From positions 32,001 to 96,000 of the IMG/VR virus record IMGVR_UViG_3300032289_002472: DNA of 64,000 bases; one strand, given 5' to 3'. The stretch is from a virus. This document shows, one piece after another, positions 19,872 to 28,112 of the stretch. The position numbers and the translations under genes are program-made. The notes beneath the pieces are model-generated. The model was not told the origin of the DNA. It did not search any database and saw only the letters and a list, made by a program, of their open reading frames with translations. Numbering within the stretch: position 1 is the stretch's first letter; each line of letters begins with the position of its first letter.

Positions 19872-20537
19872 ATGATACTTGTCATTTCTGACATTCATTT
19901 AGGTGCTCCAGTTTGCCAAGCAGAGTTAACTCTAAAGCTTCTTGAAGAAGAAGAGTACGACACACTGATTATATGTGGCGATTTACTGGACAGCTATCAC
20001 CTACACAGGCTTTGCAAGAAGCAATGGAAGGTGCTTTCCACACTTAGAAAGATTTCAAAGAATAAAGAGTGTATCTTCATCAAAGGCAACCACGACCAGC
20101 ACATAGAGACAATCACTGCGCTGCTAGGTTTTGAATTCTATGAAGAATTCATTAAGACCATAGGAGATAAAAAGATTCTTTTTGTCCATGGTGATAGATG
20201 GGATCATTTTGTGATGGCAAAACCAATATTGACAAGCATAGCCTCCTTTTTTTATCATCTGCTCCAATTATTTGACAGCAAACAAAAGCTAAGCAGGAAA
20301 TTAAAAAGAATCATTAAAACTTGGCACAATTCAGCCGATACACTCATGGAGCGTATCTCTAAGTATTGCGTCGAACACAAATATAATGCAGTATGCTTTG
20401 GTCATTCACACATCCCTAAAAAACATTTTTATCACGGCATAGAATGCGTAAACTTAGGATCTCAGTGCGATCTTCCAGTTACATATGCTGTGATAGATCA
20501 TATAGGAAACATAATTCTTAAAAACAAAGATTATTAA
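19872..20537 (+). CDS. Metallophosphoesterase, UDP-2,3-diacylglucosamine hydrolase (LpxH)-like
   Basis: ISDIHLG, ICGDLLD, KGNHD, HGDRWD, FGHSH; likely start MILVISD at 19872. Confidence 0.8.
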   Translation: MILVISDIHLGAPVCQAELTLKLLEEEEYDTLIICGDLLDSYHLHRLCKKQWKVLSTLRKISKNKECIFIKGNHDQHIETITALLGFEFYEEFIKTIGDKKILFVHGDRWDHFVMAKPILTSIASFFYHLLQLFDSKQKLSRKLKRIIKTWHNSADTLMERISKYCVEHKYNAVCFGHSHIPKKHFYHGIECVNLGSQCDLPVTYAVIDHIGNIILKNKDY

Positions 20538-20542
20538 TTAAA

Positions 20543-20630
20543 GGATAGGTGGCAGAGTGGTCTATTGCATCGGTCTTGAAAACCGAAGGGCTGAAAGGCT
20601 CCGTGGGTTCGAATCCTACCCTATCCGCCA
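20543..20630 (+). tRNA. tRNA-Ser(TGA)
   Basis: GGATAGG acceptor, TCGGT-CTTGAAA-ACCGA, long variable arm, GGTTCGAATCC, GCCA end. Confidence 0.93.
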
Positions 20631-20641
20631 CTTTAAAAAAT

Positions 20642-20714
20642 GCCCGTATAGCTCAGTTGGTAGAGCACCTCACTTGTAATGAGGATGTCGTTGGTTCGAA
20701 TCCGACTGCGGGCT
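20642..20714 (+). tRNA. tRNA-Thr(TGT)
   Basis: GCCCGTATAGCTCAGTTGGTAGAGC, CCTCA-CTTGTAA-TGAGG, GGTTCGAATCC. Confidence 0.93.
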
Positions 20715-20730
20715 CTTTTTTAAATAAAAA

Positions 20731-20874
20731 GTACGGCTGCTTCTCATACAACCTTGCGGGTGAGAAAGCTAACGCGAGCCGTTCACGGGTCGATGGTGAC
20801 CATCCCCCTTATTACAGGCATGACCTGCTTCTTTTCATCAGTGGGTTCTGACTAGCGGCTCATTACGCCACAGC
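20731..20874 (-). ncRNA. Candidate structured ncRNA (about 145 nt)
   Basis: GC-richer intergenic stretch; stems GAGCCG/CGGCTC, GCAGG/CCTGT, GATGG/CCATC, TTCTCA/TGAGAA enclosing a CC-GCAA-GG GNRA hairpin; G.U pairs favour the minus strand. Confidence 0.5.
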
Positions 20875-20882
20875 AACTTTTT

Positions 20883-21743
20883 CTACTCAGCGGAAATCTT
20901 TGTAGAACACTTTCCTCCACAGCATTTCTTTCCCTTGCTCTCTTTGTCAATTTCCAATATAGCAGCAACGTGATTTTTTTGGACGTCAATACCTCCGCGC
21001 ACAAGAGCATCTGTTAATTCACAGACGGAAGGGCATCTACCAAGCTTTTCTTCAAGCTCCTCTGCTCCAAAGATAATGTTTTGAACACGTTGATGAAAGT
21101 TAAGGTTGATCATACCTTCTTCGGTTGGATCCTCCTCTTGGTTTTTCATTTCAACAACTGCTCTTACCTGGTTCTCAGAAAATGAAGAGCCGTAGCTGAT
21201 GCTTAAAAACTCTGCCATCGTACGTAAGTTAGGTTCAGTTCTAAATCCTAACGTCTGTTTTCTTGAGTTATATTCACTAATGATTCTTTCAAGCTTTGTG
21301 TAAACATTCATAGGAATGAAAGCTAATCCTTCATCAAACTCATCATTGGATTCATCATCAAAATCGCTTAAATCTTCGTTTGAATCTTCAGGAGTTTGAT
21401 AGTCATCAAAATCTTCCTCGTCTTCGTCAATGAATTCACCATCACGAGTGTATCCATTAATTTCTAAGAACTCTGCCAAGACGTCGTTGATGACTTCATT
21501 AACACTTACATCTTTCTCACAAGAAACTTTGATGAGATGTTCAAGAATGTCCCTGGGCCATTCTTCTGTCTCAAGCTCCAGAGTAACGAACTTTTCGAGA
21601 AGAATAGATCCGTCATTTTGATGATAAACGCTAAATTTATCTCCCTGATTCAATCCTAGGACTCCTAACTCCTCTTCCGTAAAGGAAATTAAAAGGTCTG
21701 TGGATTGTTGCAATTTCTTTGTAATAGTCTGTCGTTTGTTCAT
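20883..21743 (-). CDS. Putative DNA-binding regulator (AbrB-like N-terminus, acidic linker, sigma region-3-like segments)
   Basis: LISFTEEELGVLGLNQGDKF....DGSILL; EELEEKLGRCPSVCEL; likely start MNKRQ at 21743. Confidence 0.5.
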   Translation of the reverse strand: MNKRQTITKKLQQSTDLLISFTEEELGVLGLNQGDKFSVYHQNDGSILLEKFVTLELETEEWPRDILEHLIKVSCEKDVSVNEVINDVLAEFLEINGYTRDGEFIDEDEEDFDDYQTPEDSNEDLSDFDDESNDEFDEGLAFIPMNVYTKLERIISEYNSRKQTLGFRTEPNLRTMAEFLSISYGSSFSENQVRAVVEMKNQEEDPTEEGMINLNFHQRVQNIIFGAEELEEKLGRCPSVCELTDALVRGGIDVQKNHVAAILEIDKESKGKKCCGGKCSTKISAE

Positions 21744-22005
21744 ATTTTTGCTTTTCGTATTGGTTGTATATTTCTTCCGCCTCAACAACCTCTGGTGAGA
21801 GCGGAATCCAGCAAGATGACAGAGAAGGAACGTGAGCGCCAGTTATTTTTTCGATATAGGCATGGTCCTCCTCCTCAATAGTTACTCTATTAAGAGCTTT
21901 AATTACTTGGGAGTTTTTAATTTTTACTTTTAGCATATTTTGGTTTGTCAAAAAAAGTAGTTGAATGGTGCCTTGAAATATGCAAAATGCATCATTGAAA
22001 GTAAA

Positions 22006-22078
22006 GGGGGTTTAGCTCATTTGGTAGAGCGTCTGCTTTGCAAGCAGAGGGTGAGGAGTTCGAATCTCCTAACCTCCA
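22006..22078 (+). tRNA. tRNA-Ala(TGC)
   Basis: GGGGGTT/AACCTCC-A acceptor with G3.U70, TCTGC-TTTGCAA-GCAGA. Confidence 0.93.
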
Positions 22079-22098
22079 AACTAAAACACAAACACAAA

Positions 22099-22671
22099 AT
22101 GAGCGAAAAAGTACTAAAAAAAGTAATGTCTCCAAAAGACTTCATTGAACATAAAATCACTCTCGATCAATACAATTTAATTGAAGAATACGAGAAACAC
22201 TTAAGAAGAGAAATTGGTAATAGGAATACTCTATTTACTGATGAAAAAGATGACGCAAAACTTAAGGGTGCCGCCGTTGAGGTTATCTTAAGTTTATATG
22301 AAAATATGGTGTTTGGTGATGGGCAAGATTGTGATCTTTATTACAAGGGGTGGGGAGTAGAAGTGAAAGGTCAAGGATGCAACTCTAAACCAAGCATAGA
22401 CTTTGAAGTTTGGATGAAGAAATCCCAATCAATTATTACTCCTGCAAAACTATTGGTTGCTGCAAGGGTTTTAAATAGAAAGAACGAGAACGAAAGGCTT
22501 CACACAGCTTGGATATGTGGAATTATTCCAATGGAAGAATTTATATCAATTGCAGACTATATTCCAAAAGGAACAATGAAAAACTATGGCCCTGTCAAGA
22601 TAGATAAAATTGAAACGCCGTATAAAAATTTATACGCCCCTAAACAATTTTTTAGAGCGCGGTTAGCTTAG
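22099..22671 (+). CDS. PD-(D/E)xK restriction-endonuclease-like protein between two tRNAs
   Basis: GAAVE...DCDL....VEVKG, AWICG; real start MSEKV at 22099; stop codon lies inside tRNA-Val. Confidence 0.6.
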   Translation: MSEKVLKKVMSPKDFIEHKITLDQYNLIEEYEKHLRREIGNRNTLFTDEKDDAKLKGAAVEVILSLYENMVFGDGQDCDLYYKGWGVEVKGQGCNSKPSIDFEVWMKKSQSIITPAKLLVAARVLNRKNENERLHTAWICGIIPMEEFISIADYIPKGTMKNYGPVKIDKIETPYKNLYAPKQFFRARLA

Positions 22672-22728
22672 CGGTAGAGCAGGTCCTTTACACGGACAAG
22701 GTCGGGGGTTCGATCCCCTCACCGCGCA
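22657..22728 (+). tRNA. tRNA-Val(TAC)
   Basis: GCGCGGT/ACCGCGC-A acceptor, GTCC-TTTACAC-GGAC, GGTTCGATCCC. Confidence 0.9.
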
Positions 22729-22729
22729 T

Positions 22730-22951
22730 TTAATTTGAAGCTAAAGCAGAAACTTGCTTTGAGGCCTCAAGCTCTTTAACTCTTTTTAAGTAAGTATATG
22801 GACTACTAGCAAAAACTCCATGAGTAGGACGAGTAAACAAATCCTTAATCTTTCTCTTGATTAAGCCGTATGCTGATTGATTACTTTCCCCCTCAGCATT
22901 TGCAATCTTAGAGGAAAGCTCAATCAAGTATGTTTCAGCATACTTATTCAT
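22730..22951 (-). CDS. MNKY-family small protein
   Basis: Likely start MNKYAETYLIELSSKIA. Confidence 0.6.
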   Translation of the reverse strand: MNKYAETYLIELSSKIANAEGESNQSAYGLIKRKIKDLFTRPTHGVFASSPYTYLKRVKELEASKQVSALASN

Positions 22952-22952
22952 T

Positions 22953-23681
22953 TTAGCCCCCAACTGGATATAGTGGTGGTGGTGGTGGAACGGCTTTTCC
23001 TGTGTTGGGATCAATTTTATAGAAATTTTGTTTCATTTTATTTCCCAATGGCGTTACTGCATTGGGACCCGATACAGAGCCTGGGCCATAATTTGCTAAA
23101 TCCATCTGCCCCTCATTAATCATTTGCTGTTCTGAAGGCATGATCATTTGACCATTTGGAATTTTTTCAACCCTCAATTGAGGTAAACTATCCTTTAATC
23201 TCATTTGAGGTGCGGATGAATTAATGCTTTTAGCTGCGTTTTCAACCCTCAATTGAGGTAAACTATCCTTTAATCTCATTTGAGGCGCGGATGAATTAAT
23301 GCTTTTAGCTGCGCTCCCAATGCCTCCAAACATGGCCCCCAGGCCACCTCCAATAGCGCTTCCAGCTGCACCCAGAGCGGCTGCAGGATTAACCATAGGA
23401 TTAGTTGCCAAACCTTTTATGTTCCCAAAAGCAGAACTTACCTGGTTGCCAATTGAATTTGCAACAGAGCCTAAAATACTGGGCTGTGAATTACCCATAT
23501 AATTACCTCTTCTGCTTGGAGGAACACCACGAGAAACTGTTTTAGGGTTAAGCAACCCACCTCTTCCAACTAAGCCGCCTCTATTGCTATAGGGGACTCC
23601 CATAACAGTAGGAGGAGTATAAGGATCGGCTGCAGTCTTTTGGCTCAGCTCATTTAAATAGGTTTTTGTATATTTATTCAT
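22953..23681 (-). CDS. MNKY-family Gly/Pro-rich low-complexity protein
   Basis: MNKYTKTYLNELSQKTA; Gly/Ala-rich hydrophobic segment; internal 25-aa duplication. Confidence 0.7.
   Translation of the reverse strand: MNKYTKTYLNELSQKTAADPYTPPTVMGVPYSNRGGLVGRGGLLNPKTVSRGVPPSRRGNYMGNSQPSILGSVANSIGNQVSSAFGNIKGLATNPMVNPAAALGAAGSAIGGGLGAMFGGIGSAAKSINSSAPQMRLKDSLPQLRVENAAKSINSSAPQMRLKDSLPQLRVEKIPNGQMIMPSEQQMINEGQMDLANYGPGSVSGPNAVTPLGNKMKQNFYKIDPNTGKAVPPPPPLYPVGG
23164..23313. repeat. 75-nt tandem duplication (2 copies, one synonymous difference)
   Basis: ttttcaaccctcaattgaggtaaac...tagctgcg begins at 23164 and again at 23239. Confidence 0.9.
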
Positions 23682-23693
23682 AGCTCAAATTAT

Positions 23694-23912
23694 TCAGTTT
23701 ACAGAAGTCCCCTGTGTTATAGCGCTAGCACTAACTTGTGGAATGTTTTTGGTCGGGTCCATTGTAGCTCCTAGGCCACGTGCTTCTCTACGCTCTTTTC
23801 GATAATCTGCGACCATTGTCATTAGCTTATCAAAGTTAGGAATTACTTTGGAAAGCAACCCATCTTGAGCAGCTTTAAGGTGTCCAAAATAAATATCTGC
23901 GTATTTATTCAT
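23694..23912 (-). CDS. MNKY-family small protein
   Basis: MNKYADIYFGHLKAA. Confidence 0.6.
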   Translation of the reverse strand: MNKYADIYFGHLKAAQDGLLSKVIPNFDKLMTMVADYRKERREARGLGATMDPTKNIPQVSASAITQGTSVN

Positions 23913-24686
23913 TTAATAAAGTTTAACAGATAAGACCCCATCGTCAACAACTCCATAATGCTTTTCTGTGTCCAAACACCAAGATTCATGTGCCTCACCT
24001 TGAGCATATATCTCTGGATCAACAAAGGTTGTGTGACCAAAGATTTGCTTACCAATATGCTTTGAAGGAGTAAACTCATGTCTTCCATCCAGCCAAAGAA
24101 GCCCACCTATTTGAGCGCTTCCATATCTGCATCGGCCCACATCGGTAATGAAGTAATTACGATTATGAGAAAAATTTCTAAAGTTTGACCAAACATCTGG
24201 CAATACTTTATCAATTAATTCATCAATTGATTCATTAAAATTAAGATGGTCGGGCATTATTCCAGCATGTGAATAAATAATACCCTGAGACTTGTAAGCT
24301 AATTTTATATTTTTTGCGAAGAATTCATCTCTCAAGTTGTTATCAAAAAACACCTTACGAAATTGCTTGGCTTTATTTTTGGTAAAGCCTGAACAATAGT
24401 ATTCTCTGACTGGAACAATATTAGTGTGGGAGTGAGCCTTGTTTAAATAGATATATTGTACGTCATGGTTGCCCAACAAGAACACGAACTTGTCCCTTTC
24501 GGGATGATCCGTCATTAGGTCTCGCAAGAATAGACAGGTATCTAAAAAAGACGCGACATGCGGAGGTTCAAAAAAGGAGTCAAACCAGTCACCCAGAAAG
24601 ACTACCTCATCATAGCTTTCTTTTTTAAGCACATCCTCAACCAAAACAACTCTTTGATGTATATCAGGGATTATTAAAGTTTTCAT
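23913..24686 (-). CDS. Calcineurin-like metallophosphoesterase
   Basis: IPDIHQ, LGDWFD, LGNHD, SHAG, FGHT; likely start MKTLII at 24686. Confidence 0.85.
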   Translation of the reverse strand: MKTLIIPDIHQRVVLVEDVLKKESYDEVVFLGDWFDSFFEPPHVASFLDTCLFLRDLMTDHPERDKFVFLLGNHDVQYIYLNKAHSHTNIVPVREYYCSGFTKNKAKQFRKVFFDNNLRDEFFAKNIKLAYKSQGIIYSHAGIMPDHLNFNESIDELIDKVLPDVWSNFRNFSHNRNYFITDVGRCRYGSAQIGGLLWLDGRHEFTPSKHIGKQIFGHTTFVDPEIYAQGEAHESWCLDTEKHYGVVDDGVLSVKLY

Positions 24687-24689
24687 AAA

Positions 24690-25155
24690 AAATCGGCTGT
24701 CGTGTCTCAAGGTCTACGACGAATACTTTCGAACAGATAGGTCTATAGTTAGCGCCCTATCCTAGGTATATCAACTCGCCTCGCCTGAAGAAAGTCAAAT
24801 GAATGACTTTCTAACTCTCGGTGGCCGTCACCGTGCTTATGGTTACAACACCCCATTTTTGCGGAAACCATCCGCTTCTATCGTGAGTAGGATCTCACTA
24901 GAAGGCTAGTTATGCCCTCACGAATTAATTGAATGGCCCTAAACTATAACGGCGTCGGCTTGCGCTACTAACCTCTTTTTCTAGACTATGGTTAGTAGAC
25001 CATTCAAAGTAAAGAGACGGAAGGCCGTGTACTGTGGCACTCTATACTATAGGTATAGCGCCAAACCAGCTTCCCGAAATATATTTCGGGAACCCCGAAG
25101 CACCGCAACCTTCACCCATTTGGGCAGCTCGGTCTGCCGAATACTCAGCAGCATC
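24690..25155 (-). ncRNA. Candidate large structured ncRNA (about 460 nt)
   Basis: No credible ORF; many hairpins (TTCCCGAAAT/ATTTCGGGAA, CTACTAACC/GGTTAGTAG, TGGCGCT/AGTGCCA, AGAAAGTCA/TGACTTTCT, GATAGG/CCTATC, GTCGT/ACGAC); G.U pairs on the minus strand. Confidence 0.55.
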
Positions 25156-25331
25156 TCAAAGTATCTGTAACAAATTCATTCGGAACCCATAATGTCTGCA
25201 AAGTATCTTCATGATAATAGCAAACACAGCTTTGAGTATCACCTTTATCTAAGATAGATTGTAGCTGAAATTCTGTATAATCAGGAAATATACAAAACTT
25301 TTTAATTTGTGTATTTGTATTCATTTTAAAA

Positions 25332-25409
25332 TGGAGGTGGTCGGAATCGAACCGACGTTATGAGAACTATTGATTTGTGTCAACACTCATACGAAGCCAA
25401 TGCACCCCC
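25332..25409 (-). ncRNA. Miniature tmRNA-like RNA (tRNA-like domain only)
   Basis: GGGGGTG-CATTGGCTTCG-TATGAG...CTCATA-AC-GTCGG-TTCGATT-CCGAC-CACCTCC-A: G3.U70/A73 alanine identity, no D-stem, tmRNA-type GG.TTCG loop, no tag frame. Confidence 0.7.
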
Positions 25410-25414
25410 CTAAA

Positions 25415-25969
25415 TTAGTCTTCTTCGGGCACAGGAGTATAATCTAACTCTTTTGCCTTTTCGGAGCAAAGAGTTTTAAACCACCCACCCCTAGAGTGCA
25501 AGCTTCCAGGAGCTCCTGTCACTTCACACGTTCTGCCAGAAATATATTCGGCAAAGTCTACAGCGCTTTGAATTCTTTGATCCAATTGCCAGTAGTATGC
25601 TTCTACTTTATCTAAGTCTAATTTTTCCCTTCCAGGAAAGTCTTGTTGCATTGCCTTTATGTAAAAATAGACCCTAAGAGTAGCATACTTTTCTTTTATC
25701 TGTGTGAATATGACCTCAGGAGCTGGAAGATAAACTATATTATCTTCCCAGTGCTCTTTGTCTTTTTTATAAAACTCATCTTTGACCCCCATGGTATGAT
25801 TACTTGTAACCATGCGCTTTATATATCCACAAAGGTCATCAAGTATTTTATACCAACCATCGTCGCATTCGCACCCAAAACACATTAATGATTCTGTGGG
25901 TGGAAGTTTATGTCCTTGAAAAAACTCGGGGTATTTTTCAGTTAGTGACTTTTTTAGCTCTTCTTTCAT
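25415..25969 (-). CDS. Conserved phage hypothetical protein
   Basis: ECDDGWY, QIKEKYATLRVY, TCEVTGAPG, GWFKTLC. Confidence 0.7.
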   Translation of the reverse strand: MKEELKKSLTEKYPEFFQGHKLPPTESLMCFGCECDDGWYKILDDLCGYIKRMVTSNHTMGVKDEFYKKDKEHWEDNIVYLPAPEVIFTQIKEKYATLRVYFYIKAMQQDFPGREKLDLDKVEAYYWQLDQRIQSAVDFAEYISGRTCEVTGAPGSLHSRGGWFKTLCSEKAKELDYTPVPEED

Positions 25970-26235
25970 TTTTTCGAAGAATGGTTATTAGCAGACTTTT
26001 GCCAAACTTCATAATGTATTCCTACACACCCCTTCTTTTTTCTCTTTTTAATTCGTTGAACTAAAGCCGCATGTCGACAATTTCGTTTAACTTCGTCCAT
26101 GATTTTGTAAGCCATGGTCATCTCTCCTTCAAGAAAGGGACCAGCTAAAATGTGAAAACCATTAGACCTAGCCTCTTTTTCTGTAATGTATTTGTGATTA
26201 ATTAATTCGCTCATGTTGTTGTTCTTTAAAATAAA

Positions 26236-26316
26236 TAGCGTAGGAGGGACTCGAACCCTCAAGACTTTCGTCGACAGATTTTAAGTCTGTTGTGTATGCC
26301 ATTCCACCACTACGCC
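26236..26316 (-). tRNA. tRNA-Leu(TAA)
   Basis: GGCGTAG acceptor, GGTGGAATGGCATACAC D-arm, ACAGA-CTTAAAA-TCTGT, GAC-GAAA-GTC variable arm, GGTTCGAGTCC. Confidence 0.92.
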
Positions 26317-26467
26317 CAAATTTACTATTTAGCTATGCCCCGCTTTTGTAATCTCTTGAGTCTTGCCTTGCGAGCATATTTGCTCTCGTGCATTGGATCC
26401 TCTTCAAGCATTTTGCGACGACGTTCTTCTTTTTCTTTTTGTATCTGTTCTCGTTTCTTAGACATGT

Positions 26468-27337
26468 TTAAAACATACGTGTAAAGGCGAGCGTCCCCAT
26501 TGGTATTTGAGGTACTCCATTGCCATAATTTCTCGATCCGTAATAGATGTGTGGGCTGTGAATATAAAAATGCCCAGCCTTGTTATTTGAGTTTGTCTCT
26601 GCCATTTGCCTGATCTCTAAAGCTAGTGCTTTTAATATATTTTTTGTGTTGGGGGAATAAGTATTCTTATCCACCCTTTTCCACATGTGATCATCATCAA
26701 CTTGTATATCCTTGAAGGTCGGTGTGTGCTCCCATTTACGAATTAAGTCCGCACAGAAATAAACAGAATTTCTAGACTTTAATCCAAGGGTTAACATCAA
26801 AACTGAACGAGGACCACTATTTATATCTTTAGACAAAATAGCGTTTATATCATTCATGACAGAAGGACAAACATAACCCAAATAATCAGCATAAATAATA
26901 TCAAAATGATGATCACTAGGAATACCTGTCTGTGGGCTTCTGATTAAAGCTTCTGACAGGTGTCCATGCTGATGGGTCATGTTGAATGTAGCTCTACCCC
27001 CATAATCGTTTGACAACTGTTCAGCCACAGAAGTAGCCATAGAATGAATACTAGGATTGTTTTCGCATCCCCAAAAACAAAATCTGTTCTCAGGAAAACT
27101 TTCAACAATGCTTCTTTCATGTGCCCACTCTTGGGCTGGTAGTGTCAGAAAATTAACTGTCTGTCCCTTTTCAAGGGCTGAAGCTAGTAAGGGAGCGATA
27201 AATCTATTACTGTAATCTTGATCCAATCTTTTATTACGATTCTTTTCTGGGCATGATACAAATGACATGTTTCTTTGAAATAGACTTGATGCATTTTTCA
27301 ATTTCTTTCCAGCTACACCCTTGAAGACTGCACCCAA
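26468..27337 (-). CDS. SAM-dependent methyltransferase-fold protein (start probably downstream, MSFVS)
   Basis: FLTLPA...E, FWGCENNPSI, FDIIYADYLG Rossmann-like strands. Confidence 0.5.
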   Translation of the reverse strand: MGAVFKGVAGKKLKNASSLFQRNMSFVSCPEKNRNKRLDQDYSNRFIAPLLASALEKGQTVNFLTLPAQEWAHERSIVESFPENRFCFWGCENNPSIHSMATSVAEQLSNDYGGRATFNMTHQHGHLSEALIRSPQTGIPSDHHFDIIYADYLGYVCPSVMNDINAILSKDINSGPRSVLMLTLGLKSRNSVYFCADLIRKWEHTPTFKDIQVDDDHMWKRVDKNTYSPNTKNILKALALEIRQMAETNSNNKAGHFYIHSPHIYYGSRNYGNGVPQIPMGTLAFTRMF

Positions 27338-27683
27338 GCTTGTATGGAAAATAAAGATTAATATTAGGAAATGCTTCGACGATCTTTGATAAAGATTGCT
27401 TAAATGCTAAATATTCAAACTTGTTTTGATTGTTATTGGGCATCAAACAATAAATATTAGCGACACTAAGCTCATCAGTTACACGAACAACAGAAGACTG
27501 ACCCAACACATCCAATGGAGATCTCTTGAGTGTAGTTTCAATATGTTCCTGCAAAACCTTAGGGAATTTTTTGGTAACCTGGAAAGAAAACCCGCCTGAC
27601 ATTTGATCACCGCAGCTCACGGGGTGAACAATCACCCCAGAGCTAACGGTAAGAACGTCTTTTACTACTGTAGCCATGGTCAC
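27234..27683 (-). CDS. Macro-domain (ADP-ribose binding/processing)-like protein
   Basis: VVKDVL..VIVHPVSCGDQMSGGFS...KKFP, VANIY, FPYKLGCSLQGCSWKEI. Confidence 0.75.
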   Translation of the reverse strand: MTMATVVKDVLTVSSGVIVHPVSCGDQMSGGFSFQVTKKFPKVLQEHIETTLKRSPLDVLGQSSVVRVTDELSVANIYCLMPNNNQNKFEYLAFKQSLSKIVEAFPNINLYFPYKLGCSLQGCSWKEIEKCIKSISKKHVICIMPRKES

Positions 27684-28051
27684 ATAGCTCCAACAGTTTT
27701 GATTAGATCTTTCTGTTTGCCATAAGTGTAAACAGCATCCAGAGGAATAACTCCATTCTCAAGACCCTTTACCATGGCATTGAACCCTGTCGATTCGCGC
27801 AGTCTTTCATAAGCTAAAATCCAGATCTCTCTGGGCGTAAGCCTTTTTTGAAGCGCTATTGTTTTGATCATTTTGTTAAGTCGTTTGCGGTCAGAGTTGG
27901 TCTTCTCAGACACTAGCTTCTTAGCAATCTTCTTTTGTTGTTTAGGCAAATTAGATTGATAAATTAACTGCAGTGAATCAACAACCTCAGTCGAGGCATC
28001 AGAAAATTTTTTAATAGAATTATTTAAGTCTAGTAGTAGTTGTTCAGGCAT
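27680..28051 (-). CDS. Hypothetical protein
   Basis: ORF with an ACACAC-type leader. Confidence 0.6.
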   Translation of the reverse strand: MPEQLLLDLNNSIKKFSDASTEVVDSLQLIYQSNLPKQQKKIAKKLVSEKTNSDRKRLNKMIKTIALQKRLTPREIWILAYERLRESTGFNAMVKGLENGVIPLDAVYTYGKQKDLIKTVGAM

Positions 28052-28112
28052 AATGTGTGTTTTTGTTTATTGTGTAGAAATTAGATCTTGGCGATAAGTC
28101 ACCAATAAAATT

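Noticed and set aside
20795-20850. Hammerhead ribozyme (CTGATGA on the minus strand)
   Set aside because: No stem II followed by GAAA in the required arrangement could be built.
20549-20851. 100-aa + strand ORF
   Set aside because: Overlaps tRNA-Ser, tRNA-Thr and the candidate ncRNA.
21961-22098. N-terminal extension of the endonuclease ORF
   Set aside because: Runs through tRNA-Ala; the ATG at 22099 has the typical A/C-rich leader.
25332-25409. Ordinary tRNA-Ala
   Set aside because: No D-stem and no 7-nt anticodon loop; a normal tRNA-Ala is present at 22006.
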